Positions 41,380-51,965 of a stretch of 53,316 nt of DNA are shown here, piece by piece. Made by a program: the position numbers and the translations under genes. A model generated the notes under the pieces. The model did not search any database. It was given only the letters and a program-made list of their open reading frames with translations, and was not told the DNA's origin. Origin of the DNA: an uncultured bacterium (lineage in GTDB: Bacteria > Fidelibacterota > Marinisomatia > Marinisomatales > UBA1611); assembly GCA_964586315.1 (NCBI GenBank), contig CAZPHE010000007.1, forward strand, positions 1 through 53,316, given 5' to 3'. How positions within the stretch are numbered: the stretch's first letter is position 1; each line of letters opens with the position of its first letter.

Positions 41380-43452
41380 TTATAATAGTTTCAAATTATC
41401 AAAGTATTGACCATAATTTGTAATGAATATATCTTTCAATAATTTGTGCATTTCATTTTTAAGATTTGGATCTTTCTCAACAATATCAAATGCAATCTTT
41501 CTAGCTTCCTTAATGATAGGGCTATCAGTAATTAAATTGGCTATTTTATACTGAAAAAACCCAGACTGTTTTAAACCCAGAATATCACCTGGACCTCTAA
41601 GTTTTAAATCTTCATCTGCAATATTAAAACCATCATTGGTTTTTTCCATAATTTTCAAACGCTGATCGGATATATCTGAAACATCTCTTTTGACTAAAAT
41701 GCAATAACTTTTTTCTGTCCCTCTTCCTACACGACCTCTTAATTGATGGAGTTGTGTTATACCAAATCGTTCTGCATGTTCAACTAACATAACAGAAGCA
41801 TTCGGAATATCTAAGCCAACTTCAACCACTGTTGTTGCTATTAAAATATTTATAATATTCTGATTAAAATTTTTTATTATATCATCTTTTTCTTCCGTTT
41901 TCATTTTACCATGTACAAGACCTACTTTTAATTTTGAAAACTCGTTTTTTGTTAATTTTCCATATGCTTCTACAGCTGCTAGTAGATCTGATTTTTCAGA
42001 TTCTTTAACTAGAGGATAAACAATGATACATTGCCTTCCTAAATCAATTTCTTGTTTTATAAATGTGTATACTTTTGCCATCCTGAGAGGATCTACAACC
42101 TTTGTTTTTACAGGGATTCTATTTGCTGGTAGCTCATCTATAATTGATAAATCCATATCACCATGATATGTAATTGCTAAAGTACGAGGAATAGGTGTAG
42201 CTGTCATAGACATGAAATGGGGATTTTCTCCTTTTTCAAGTAATTTGCTGCGTTGATTTACACCAAATCGATGTTGTTCATCTACAATAACTAGACCCAA
42301 GTTTTTAAAATATACATTATCCTGTATTAAAGCATGCGTACCAATTGCGACTGGAATTTCCCCGTTCCTTAAACCTTCTAATATTAATTTTCTATCTACA
42401 TCTTTAAGTTTACCTATCATAAGAGCACAAGGGATATGGACTTTATCAAATTCTTTTTTAAAAGATTCATAGTGCTGTCTAGCTAGAATTTCTGTTGGCG
42501 CCATAATCACAACCTGGACATTATTTCCAACAGCCAGAGCTGCTACTAAAATAGAAACAATGGTTTTACCACAACCCACATCGCCTTGAATCAATCGATT
42601 CATAGGTGTAGTTAATTGAAGATCAGCACGAATTTCTTGAAGAACTTTTTTCTGCGCCAGAGTAAGTTCAAAATCAAGATCTCCTGATATTACTTTAAAA
42701 TATGATCCAATTTCTTTTAAAGATTTTGTTCCTCTGGTTTTAATGCTTTTTTTGCGCAACGCTACAAGCAGTTGCAGAAAAAAGTGCTCATCAAATTTTA
42801 ACCTTTTTATAGCAGCATTTAAATCACTTAGCCCAGATGAAAAATGAATATTTTTTAATGCATTTTGTAATGTTACAAGTCCTTGATTATTTAAAATTAT
42901 TTGAGGAAATATTTCTGGTATCGATAATTCAGAGTTAAGTATGGTTTTTAAAATGCTCCTAAATTTTCTTTGATCTAAACCCACTGACTTTAATTCTTGT
43001 GTTAGAGAATAAAGTGGAATGACTTGACCAGTTAACAATGGATCTTCATCTCTTTCTAATATTTCAAATTCTGGATGAGTAATCGTTAATCCGTTATACC
43101 ATTCAACTTTACCATGTATCGCTAACCTTTCTCCAATCTTAAAATGATGTTTTATATAACGTATGCCATTAAACCATGACAAAGTTAGTAACCCGGTTCC
43201 ATCTGATACTATAACCTGAAAAATTTTACCACGACGAATGGATTTTTCTCCATATGTTTCTATTGTGGCAATAACAGTGACATTTTCACCTTTAATCAAT
43301 TGTCTAATTGGTGTTATTGTTGTTCGATCTAAATGTTTTCGTGGAAAATAATATAAAATATCCTTAATGGTAAAAATACCATGGTCATTAAAGACCTTTC
43401 CCCTGATAGAGCCCACTCCATTAATAACTGAAATGGGTGATTCAAGATCCAA
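41380..43452 (-). CDS. recG: ATP-dependent DNA helicase RecG
   Basis: Wedge domain, QGDVGCGKT, DEQHRFG, MTATPIPRTL, QLRGRVGRG, DLKLRGPG. Start moved to TTG 43452 (LDLESPIS...GVG) to avoid a 113-nt overlap with the upstream gene. Confidence 0.96.
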   Translation of the reverse strand: MDLESPISVINGVGSIRGKVFNDHGIFTIKDILYYFPRKHLDRTTITPIRQLIKGENVTVIATIETYGEKSIRRGKIFQVIVSDGTGLLTLSWFNGIRYIKHHFKIGERLAIHGKVEWYNGLTITHPEFEILERDEDPLLTGQVIPLYSLTQELKSVGLDQRKFRSILKTILNSELSIPEIFPQIILNNQGLVTLQNALKNIHFSSGLSDLNAAIKRLKFDEHFFLQLLVALRKKSIKTRGTKSLKEIGSYFKVISGDLDFELTLAQKKVLQEIRADLQLTTPMNRLIQGDVGCGKTIVSILVAALAVGNNVQVVIMAPTEILARQHYESFKKEFDKVHIPCALMIGKLKDVDRKLILEGLRNGEIPVAIGTHALIQDNVYFKNLGLVIVDEQHRFGVNQRSKLLEKGENPHFMSMTATPIPRTLAITYHGDMDLSIIDELPANRIPVKTKVVDPLRMAKVYTFIKQEIDLGRQCIIVYPLVKESEKSDLLAAVEAYGKLTKNEFSKLKVGLVHGKMKTEEKDDIIKNFNQNIINILIATTVVEVGLDIPNASVMLVEHAERFGITQLHQLRGRVGRGTEKSYCILVKRDVSDISDQRLKIMEKTNDGFNIADEDLKLRGPGDILGLKQSGFFQYKIANLITDSPIIKEARKIAFDIVEKDPNLKNEMHKLLKDIFITNYGQYFDNLKLL

Positions 43453-43471
43453 TAATCTCTCTCTCAGAAGC

Positions 43472-44818
43472 TTACTTCCATTCTTTGCGGTAGGTATAGT
43501 AAACGCTTTTTGTCTCACCCGGTTGAACTGATAATGGGAAATGAATGGTTGAAGCATTTTTTTTCTGATAATTAAGAGATTCATCTTTTATAATCCAATC
43601 ACCATTAATATGCTCAACAAGTAATACATCAACTTCTTCATTTCGAGCATTAGTTACTTTTATTTCAATAACTGCCTCTTCACTTTTTCTTTGCCGATCA
43701 TAATTGAGAACTTTTCGGTTTCCGATAACATCAAAAGCACGACCCGATGTTAATTGAGTAAACTGACCTTTCGGAACTTGACCCATTTTATCGGCTCCTA
43801 TATATTCCAATCCAGTAGAAGTCATATAAGCATACATCTCTACTTTTCCACCTGGTAATGAAATACCTAATCCATTTGATTCAGTGTTTTCCATAGTGAG
43901 TTGAACTTCTAATGGTTCTTCTTTTTGCCTCCTCTCACTATTTTCAAAAACATATTTTTTATTGTACCCAACATCTAGAGGACCATACATCCTTATAGTA
44001 ATATTTTCTTTTGCACCCAAACTATGTTTATCATTTAATGAATAAATATGATAATCACCAAGTTCATCCTTTCCCATCATCGGCATTATATCATTTTGAG
44101 ATGCTGCAGACATTACTCTATTTATACGTTCAGGTCTTGGTCGTTCAACACTCATCTTATTTAGATTACCTTCCACTAGCTGTAATGTTGCATTTTCAAA
44201 TATCATATCAGAATTATTTGAAATTACTGCTTCGGCTACTAGCTCTCCTTTTGCTTCATTCAACATTTTAAGACGATAAACTGTAGTCCACGAAAAATTA
44301 CTGGATTTATATACTAATTCACCCTGAACAATTTTTTTTGATTTGGATTTCAAATCCCACGACAAATACGGATTAAATGTAGGCGTGTCAACACCCCTGG
44401 TTTTACTACCAATGTATTCCAATTCTTTCCTATTAAAGGAAATTATTCCAGACTGATGTATAACCGTCACTGAGTTTGCACTTATTTCTAATAATGTCCC
44501 CTTCACCAGTTTTCCATCTTTTGGTTTAACTTGAATATCTTGTCCACGCAATTCATTAAAATAATCTGAACCCGAAAAAATATTTTCATTGAATCGCTGT
44601 GAAATAACATCTGCACCATCGAGGTTTAAAAAAGGAGTGTCACGATGAATTCCATTTGGCAAATTACCCCAAGTAATATAACTGTAACCGGAAGGGATAG
44701 ACCACCGCACTGGTTGTTTAATAAGGGCTGTACCATCTTTATAGATTGTAAGAGTAGCATCTTCAGATTTTGCATTCAATAATACAATATATATAAAAAT
44801 AGTTATTATTTGTTTCAT
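43472..44818 (-). CDS. DUF4139/DUF4140-family exported protein
   Basis: Signal peptide; LTIYKDGTALI, FSWTTVY, LGDYHIY, GISLPGGKV, GRAFDV, PGET..VYY. Confidence 0.75.
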   Translation of the reverse strand: MKQIITIFIYIVLLNAKSEDATLTIYKDGTALIKQPVRWSIPSGYSYITWGNLPNGIHRDTPFLNLDGADVISQRFNENIFSGSDYFNELRGQDIQVKPKDGKLVKGTLLEISANSVTVIHQSGIISFNRKELEYIGSKTRGVDTPTFNPYLSWDLKSKSKKIVQGELVYKSSNFSWTTVYRLKMLNEAKGELVAEAVISNNSDMIFENATLQLVEGNLNKMSVERPRPERINRVMSAASQNDIMPMMGKDELGDYHIYSLNDKHSLGAKENITIRMYGPLDVGYNKKYVFENSERRQKEEPLEVQLTMENTESNGLGISLPGGKVEMYAYMTSTGLEYIGADKMGQVPKGQFTQLTSGRAFDVIGNRKVLNYDRQRKSEEAVIEIKVTNARNEEVDVLLVEHINGDWIIKDESLNYQKKNASTIHFPLSVQPGETKSVYYTYRKEWK

Positions 44819-47448
44819 TGAAGCATCTCCAAATTAGTAGTAATTTTTTCTAACTCTTGATTTAATTTCTCAAGATTGCACCGCTCCTTTTCAATAACAA
44901 ATTCTGGTGCTCGATTAAGAAAGTTTTTATTAGACAACTTTGAATTAATTCCAGATAAAAGACGATTTATTTCTTTGCTACGCTTATTCATTCTTGCTTT
45001 TTCTTCGTCTAAATTTACTAATCCTCCCAATGGGATGTATAACTCTATCCCACCAGTAACAGCAGTTGCTGATTGATTTGGCTTTTTAATAGTTTTACCC
45101 ATTGATATTTTTTTAATTCTTCCTAAAGATTGAAGTAAATCTGAATGGTCTTTTAAAAAAACCTCTTTAGAACTTTCACATCTAATAACAAGGTCAGAAT
45201 ACTTTGCAGGTGAAACATTCATGCGACTTCGAATTGAACGTATTGAAGTAATCACCTCCTTTAACATTTCCATATCTTTCTCAGCAGATTTATTTCTAAA
45301 GGGCTCATCTGTTATCCAAGGAAATATAATTAAATCAGAAGAATCTTTATGTTTAAAATGAGTCCACAGTTCTTCCGTGATAAATGGTGAATATGGGTGC
45401 AAAAGAATAAGAACAGTACGAATACATTTTAAAGAAACCAATTTTGCCATCTTAGCTTTTATTTTATCTTTGCCATAAAATCTTGTTTTTGCGATTTCAA
45501 CATACCAATCGCAAAAATCATTCCAAGTATATTCATATAAATGTTTTGCTGCCTCATTAAAATGAAAACGATCTAATTGCTTATTATATTCTTTTACCAT
45601 TTTAGATAGCTTACTTATGATCCACTGCTCAGGAAGGTCTAAATCATTAAAGTTTAATTGTAATGATGCATCTGATTCTTTATCTAGATTCATTTTTATA
45701 AATCGACATGCATTCCAAAGTTTATTCATGAAATTTCTTCCAATCTCAAGGCGATCTTTAGAGAAAAGCACATCAAGTCCCTGCGGAGCCATAAGCATAA
45801 CTCCAAACCGTACTGCATCCGTACCATATTCGTCAAACAATTCAAATGGATCTGGTGAATTTCCAAGTGATTTGCTCAATTTCTGTCCTGTTTTATCTCT
45901 TAGTATTGATGTGAAATAAACATCCTTAAATGGGAGATCTCCCATAAACTCGTAACCAGTGATTATCATCCTTGCAACCCAGAAAAAAATAATATCTGGT
46001 CCTGTGACAAGAGTATTTGTAGGATAAAATTTTTCAAGTGCATCATCATGTTCAGGCCAAGAATGAACTCCAATAGGCCATAACCAAGAACTTGCCCATG
46101 TATCTAAAACATCTTGGTCTTGATTCCAATTTTCAGGATCCTCGGGTCCATCTACAGAAACATGTATATTTGTTTTATCATTTTTGTGGTACCATACCGG
46201 TATCTGATGTCCCCACCATAATTGACGACTTATACACCAATCTTTAATGTTCTTCATCCAGTGATTATAGGTCTTAGTCCAATGTGCAGGATGAAAATTG
46301 ATTTTTTCTTTATTCACAGCATCTAGAGCAGGTTTTGATAGCTCATCCATTTTCATAAACCATTGTTCAGACATATAGAATTCAATAGGAACCTGTCCTC
46401 TCTCTGAATAACCTACTTTATTTAAATGCTGTTCCTTTTTTTCTAGAAAGCCTCCGTCTTGTAAATCATTCAAAACAGCTTCTCTTGCACTCTCACGTGC
46501 CATACCAACATATTTATCTGGAACATTTGAATTCAAGGATGCATCATCATTCATGATATTAATAAACTCAAGCTCATGCCTATGTCCTATTGCAAAATCA
46601 TTGGGGTCATGAGCAGGAGTTACTTTTACACAACCCGTACCAAACTCAGGATCAACATAATCATCTGCAATAATAGGTATTTGCCTGTTAACCAAAGGAA
46701 GATTAATTCTCTTACCTATTAGGTGCTGATACCTTTCATCATCAGGGTAAACCGCTACAGCTGTATCACCAAGCATTGTTTCAGGTCTAGTGGTAGCCAC
46801 AATAACACTTTCATCTGAATGATTTACGGGATAGCGGAAATACCAGAGATATCCATTACTTTCCTTATGTATTACTTCTTCATCACTAATTGCAGATTTA
46901 GATACTGGACACCAATTGACCAACCTATGTCCTTTATATATCAACCCTTTTTTATATAACTTTACAAAAGCTGTTAATACCGATCGTGAGTAACCATCAT
47001 CCATGGTAAATCTTTCTTTATCCCAATCACAAGAACACCCCAGCTTTTTTAGCTGTCGGATTATAATCCCACCATATTCTTCTTTCCATTTCCAAGCATG
47101 CTTCAAAAATTCTTCCCGGGGTAAATCGCTTTTCTTGATCCCCTTATCTTTAAGCATTGCAACAACCTTTGATTCTGTTGCAATAGATGCATGATCTGTA
47201 CCTGGGATCCAGCAGGCTTCTTTACCTTCCATTCTAGCCTTTCGAATCAAAATATCTTGAATGGTATTATTTAAAACATGGCCAACTGTAAGCATGCCTG
47301 TAACGTTGGGCGGAGGGATAACAATGGTGTAGGATTCTTTTTCTGATTGAGGATCAGCTAAAAAATACTTTTTTTCTATCCAATAATTATACCATTTATC
47401 TTCAATATGAGTTGGTTTGTATATTTTGTCTAGTTCTTTATCGGTCAT
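44815..47448 (-). CDS. valS: Valyl-tRNA synthetase
   Basis: PPPNVTG, GTDHA, ATTRPET, DWCISRQLWWGH, KLSKSLGN and C-terminal coiled coil. Confidence 0.98.
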   Translation of the reverse strand: MTDKELDKIYKPTHIEDKWYNYWIEKKYFLADPQSEKESYTIVIPPPNVTGMLTVGHVLNNTIQDILIRKARMEGKEACWIPGTDHASIATESKVVAMLKDKGIKKSDLPREEFLKHAWKWKEEYGGIIIRQLKKLGCSCDWDKERFTMDDGYSRSVLTAFVKLYKKGLIYKGHRLVNWCPVSKSAISDEEVIHKESNGYLWYFRYPVNHSDESVIVATTRPETMLGDTAVAVYPDDERYQHLIGKRINLPLVNRQIPIIADDYVDPEFGTGCVKVTPAHDPNDFAIGHRHELEFINIMNDDASLNSNVPDKYVGMARESAREAVLNDLQDGGFLEKKEQHLNKVGYSERGQVPIEFYMSEQWFMKMDELSKPALDAVNKEKINFHPAHWTKTYNHWMKNIKDWCISRQLWWGHQIPVWYHKNDKTNIHVSVDGPEDPENWNQDQDVLDTWASSWLWPIGVHSWPEHDDALEKFYPTNTLVTGPDIIFFWVARMIITGYEFMGDLPFKDVYFTSILRDKTGQKLSKSLGNSPDPFELFDEYGTDAVRFGVMLMAPQGLDVLFSKDRLEIGRNFMNKLWNACRFIKMNLDKESDASLQLNFNDLDLPEQWIISKLSKMVKEYNKQLDRFHFNEAAKHLYEYTWNDFCDWYVEIAKTRFYGKDKIKAKMAKLVSLKCIRTVLILLHPYSPFITEELWTHFKHKDSSDLIIFPWITDEPFRNKSAEKDMEMLKEVITSIRSIRSRMNVSPAKYSDLVIRCESSKEVFLKDHSDLLQSLGRIKKISMGKTIKKPNQSATAVTGGIELYIPLGGLVNLDEEKARMNKRSKEINRLLSGINSKLSNKNFLNRAPEFVIEKERCNLEKLNQELEKITTNLEMLQ

Positions 47449-47535
47449 CAATAATCAATTAATAACAGTTAATTATATTTAGAATAACTGTTAGAATTTT
47501 ACGACATTTGGAAACTCTATACATTGGAAAGATAG

Positions 47536-48769
47536 ATGATAAAAAATAATAATTATGTTAGGGATTTAATTATCAATCATAATATCCTATTAATAAGCAT
47601 CTTGGGAATTGCTTATGTTACTTAGTTCGCATGGACAGATATTAAGCCAACCTGCTTTTTGGATGTTTATGATTTCTTTAATACTAATATTAGTACATAT
47701 TATTCTTTTAATAGTCACCATAGTTGAATGGCTTAGCACATGTTATTGGGGCGGTGAAAACAGAAATTTAAAATATTCAAAACTGATGACGATAGCTAAT
47801 AATCTAGGCATTGAGAATAAAACTCTTCCACCACAAAATAAATTAAATTTTTTTTCGTGGTTAGTATATCAAAAAAAAGCCAGAGATTATTATACTCCTT
47901 ATGTACGTACTATTGGTGAAATAGAAGGTGATACATGGGAGGCTAAGAAAAAAGTAAAATCCGATTCTATCCCAAGATATTTTTATGGGGTACTTTTTTC
48001 TAAACCACCATTGTCAGATATTTTAGCTACTAAAGACTCTGCGGATCCCTTTATAATGGTCGCAAACCAAACAGTTACACAAGGAAAAGCCAAAATCTAT
48101 AATCGTGTTATCCATTATAGATCAAAAGAATTTGAATTCCCAAAATGTGAAGTTGATCCTGCAGTTGAATTGATAGATAAAATCTCTCCAAATCCGGATG
48201 ATATCAATTTTATTTCCGATAAAGATTTTTCTAAAAAATTTGACTTGACTGGTGAAGATCAAGCAAAAATTAGGGCTCTTTTTAACAATGATGTACGCAA
48301 CATAATGGTTGAGAATCCTGATTGGAACTGGAAGTTTTATAATAACTCTATTTTGATAAAATACAATATAAAACGTAAAACGATTAATGAGATGAATGAT
48401 ATTAAGTCTGCTCTTGGTGAACTTTCTAGATTACATAATAAGTTAAAAACAACCGATATCACTACACTACCATCCAAAAAAGAGATTAGAGATGACACAC
48501 CCGAAGAAATAATTGAAAAAAAATTATATTATAAACGAATGACAACCTTTGGTTGCTTGCTAAGCTGCGGTACTTTTTTAACTTTGTTGGGATCGTTTAT
48601 GCTATTTGGTTTTGTTGTAAGGCTTGATCCGGTATTTCTTTTGCAAGGATTTTTTTTGGGATTAATCGGGATTTTACTATTGCGATATGGAAAATCTGAA
48701 TGGAAGCGCAATAAAAAGTTAAAAGCAGATGGAAAGGTTAAAAAAACTGATGCTACAAGTTCAAATTAA
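47536..48769 (+). CDS. Hypothetical membrane protein; possible frameshift near 47615
   Basis: The track ORF 47609-48769 has N- and C-terminal TM segments and a soluble core (DINFISDKDFSKKFDLTGEDQAKIRALF). A short hydrophobic ORF from ATG 47536 in another frame overlaps its start. Confidence 0.55.
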
Positions 48770-48790
48770 CTTATAATTTTTTTATATATT

Positions 48791-49573
48791 ATGATTCAAG
48801 CACTTGTTAATGGAAATTGGGAATCATTCAGTGATGGTGAACTCCAGCCGGGGACAGATTCGTTTAACTTTAAATCCGGCTTATATGAAACATTTAGAAC
48901 TAAAAATCATAAGCCTATTTTTCTTAAACCTCATTTAGATCGACTTTTTAATTCTGCAAAAGAAATTAATCTTAATATTTTGTATTCTCGCTCAGAGATT
49001 GAAAAAATGATTGCTGATGTTATAAAAAGATTTCCAAGAAATAATCAAAGAGCACGAATTATTGTTATACCAGAAAAAGTGATTATCTACACAACAGATC
49101 TAAACCTTGATCAAAACATATATCAAGGAGTTTCAACGATAACGGTTTCTGCTATTAGAACCAATCCTAAAATCAAATCAACAAGCTATAGAACTTGCCA
49201 TGATGCTTATAATACCGCTCATAGCAATGGCTGCTTTGATGCAATTTTATTGGATGAATCAGACACGGTTCTTGAAGGAAGTCGTAGTAATGTCTTTTGG
49301 GTATTGGATAATACTTTGTATACGCGTAATGAAAATATTCTTCCAGGTATAACAAGGCAAACAATTATTTCAAAATCACCCTTTACTGTACACTTCGGGT
49401 ATTTAAACCAATCAGATTTTTATCATTTAGATGAATTATTTTTAACAAATAGTGGTTCCGGTATTATACCTGTTTTAAAAGTTAATTCAACTTTAATTGG
49501 TAATGGGGAATTAGGGTCAATCACAAGCAAGTTACTACAACTCTATGATATATGGCTAAATAATGAATTGTAA
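48791..49573 (+). CDS. PLP-dependent aminotransferase class IV (PabC/IlvE/DAAT-like)
   Basis: GLYETFR, HLDRL, KIKSTSY (PLP Lys), EGSRSNVF, ILPGITR, ELFLTNS. Confidence 0.9.
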   Translation: MIQALVNGNWESFSDGELQPGTDSFNFKSGLYETFRTKNHKPIFLKPHLDRLFNSAKEINLNILYSRSEIEKMIADVIKRFPRNNQRARIIVIPEKVIIYTTDLNLDQNIYQGVSTITVSAIRTNPKIKSTSYRTCHDAYNTAHSNGCFDAILLDESDTVLEGSRSNVFWVLDNTLYTRNENILPGITRQTIISKSPFTVHFGYLNQSDFYHLDELFLTNSGSGIIPVLKVNSTLIGNGELGSITSKLLQLYDIWLNNEL

Positions 49574-49689
49574 TAAAAAAATGTGAGTCCATATTCATTG
49601 CAAAAGGCATAATGAATCTCATACTTTCATATAACCAGATTATCATTTAAAACTTCTATTAAATCTAAAATATATTTTATTATTTAATT

Positions 49690-51933
49690 ATGCTACAGCA
49701 TTTTTCCCGGTTAGTCCTAAATAATCCTAAAACAACGTTAGCTAGCATATTAACAATTACATTGTTTTTGTCTCTTTTTATCCCAAAAATAAAAATTGAT
49801 TTTTCTATTGAACATCTGTTTTCACTAGATGATCCCAGCGTTGAAAAATATTTTTCATTCCGAAACACCTTTGGTCGAGAAGATAATATCATCACTATTA
49901 TCTATAAGCCTAATGATATTCTTGATCGCAATTTATATATTGAGTTGGAAGAATTGGTCTATACCATTGAAAGTTTAAAAGGCGTCAAAAACGTTGCATC
50001 GATATTTAGTTTAAGTGATCTGGATCTGAATGCCTGGTTAGGAGATATTCATGATCAAACTTCAAATTGGGATAGGGATACAATTTTTCAAAAATTAAAA
50101 TATATACAAGCAGATCCATCAATTGGCTCTCGAATACTATCTAAAGATTTTCAATATGGTGCAATAATTATTGCTCTTAACGATGATGCTAATAATCATC
50201 AAAGTCGCACAAATATACTTGAAGAGATAAAGACTTTAAATTCGAGTACTTCTCCAGAATGGATATACTCAGGTGTTTCTGTTTTAAGAACAGAATATGT
50301 ACGCTATATGCTTCGCGACAATTTTCTTTTCTTACCTCCTATAGCCTTTCTACTCATATCTATATTGAGTTTTATTTTTAGAAACTGGGTCTATGTTTTA
50401 TTACCTATATTGACAGTTCTTGTAACAGTAATATGGTTACTCGGGATTATGGGCCTAACTGGATTAGAAATCAATATAATGACTTATATTGTTCCAACAC
50501 TTCTTTTCATTATTGGTATAGGAGATGCAATTCATATCCAAGCTAGATTTAGAGAAAATTTAGGTAATAACTCTTCTAACCCTATAGACGCGATGTCTCT
50601 AACAATAAACCAGATGTCAAAAGTAATTTTTTTAACGAGCATCACTACTGCAATTGGATTTCTTGCTTTAACAACCACTTCTATAACGATTGTTCAGGAA
50701 TTTGGAGTAGAAATTTCAATTGGTGTTATAATTGCCTGGTTAGTTTCAATCTTAATTGTTCCTTCTGGAATAATCATCTTTGACAATTTTCATTATAATA
50801 AAACAGATTCTTTTGCACCATTACTATCTTGGCTTTCGGGTACTATTCCTAAGTACCCGTGGATATTTATAGTTGTACCAAGCTTAATTGCTGCAACCGC
50901 AATGTATAAGATTAAAGATATTTCTACAGATGCATCTCTAATGGATGATCTAAGACCTAAAAATAAATTGTATCAAGATCTTAGACTAACTGAAAAATAT
51001 TTTGGTGGAGTATTGCCTTTTGAAGTCCTTATACAATTAAACCCTTATTCGAAATCACAAATTAATACTGTTCTGGATCCAACAATATTAAAATTGGCTA
51101 AAAACATTGAAGTCTTTCTCAGATCAGAACTACGGAATAGCCGGTTTTTCTCAATTATTACATTACTAGAATCTGTAGAGAGAATTCAGGGCAAAAATGA
51201 AGATATATATAATAATAAAAATTTTATTGAACAAGTTATTGATAATCAATCAAACCAAAATTTTAAATTAGTAAGTGATCAAAGAAATATTCTGAGAATA
51301 ACAGGATTGATTGAAGATAAAACATCCAATGAAATGAAACTTATTTATGCAAAACTGGATTCAATATCCAAAACATTTCCCAGCCAAGTTGATCTTGAAT
51401 ATACTGGAACAACAGTTGTAGCACTAAAAACGAATGATTACCTCGTAAAGTCACTTGTTAACAGCCTAGGTTTAGCTTTGATATTGATAAGTATTGTCAT
51501 GGCATTCATGTTTAGGACTAATTCTATTCTTTTTGCAAGTTTGATAACAAATCTTATTCCTATTTTTACCGTGTTAGGTATCTTGGCCTGGTTTGAAATA
51601 TCAATACGCCCACCTACAGCAATGACTTTTGCTGTTGCTCTTGGAATTGCCGTTGATGACAGTTTACATTTTTTACTTCGATATAGAAAAGAACTCGCCA
51701 ATGGTCTTAAACGTGTAGATGCTATAAAATTAACAATAATGCACACAGGATCTGCTTTACTGATTACCACAGCAGTATTAGTATCTGGATTCTCAGTATT
51801 ATTGCTTTCTGCATTTCTACCCACTTATCAATTTGGACTCTTATCAGCGGGAATGATTGGTGCAGCTTTGCTATGTGACCTTACATTCCTACCTGCTCTA
51901 TGTTTAGTTTTACCCAAGCCATACAAAGAATAA
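49690..51933 (+). CDS. MMPL/RND-family transporter
   Basis: Two repeats with GIGDAIHI and GIAVDDSLHF; LTSITTAIGF. Confidence 0.9.
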   Translation: MLQHFSRLVLNNPKTTLASILTITLFLSLFIPKIKIDFSIEHLFSLDDPSVEKYFSFRNTFGREDNIITIIYKPNDILDRNLYIELEELVYTIESLKGVKNVASIFSLSDLDLNAWLGDIHDQTSNWDRDTIFQKLKYIQADPSIGSRILSKDFQYGAIIIALNDDANNHQSRTNILEEIKTLNSSTSPEWIYSGVSVLRTEYVRYMLRDNFLFLPPIAFLLISILSFIFRNWVYVLLPILTVLVTVIWLLGIMGLTGLEINIMTYIVPTLLFIIGIGDAIHIQARFRENLGNNSSNPIDAMSLTINQMSKVIFLTSITTAIGFLALTTTSITIVQEFGVEISIGVIIAWLVSILIVPSGIIIFDNFHYNKTDSFAPLLSWLSGTIPKYPWIFIVVPSLIAATAMYKIKDISTDASLMDDLRPKNKLYQDLRLTEKYFGGVLPFEVLIQLNPYSKSQINTVLDPTILKLAKNIEVFLRSELRNSRFFSIITLLESVERIQGKNEDIYNNKNFIEQVIDNQSNQNFKLVSDQRNILRITGLIEDKTSNEMKLIYAKLDSISKTFPSQVDLEYTGTTVVALKTNDYLVKSLVNSLGLALILISIVMAFMFRTNSILFASLITNLIPIFTVLGILAWFEISIRPPTAMTFAVALGIAVDDSLHFLLRYRKELANGLKRVDAIKLTIMHTGSALLITTAVLVSGFSVLLLSAFLPTYQFGLLSAGMIGAALLCDLTFLPALCLVLPKPYKE

Positions 51934-51965
51934 TTATCATTTATAAACACTATCAATATCAAATT

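Noticed and set aside
43453-43584. N-terminal extension of RecG in the track
   Set aside because: It overlaps the DUF4139 gene by 113 nt in another frame; RecG similarity starts near TTG 43452.
51900-51965. Track start for the beta-barrel protein
   Set aside because: It overlaps the MMPL stop; the signal-peptide-like sequence begins at GTG 51966.
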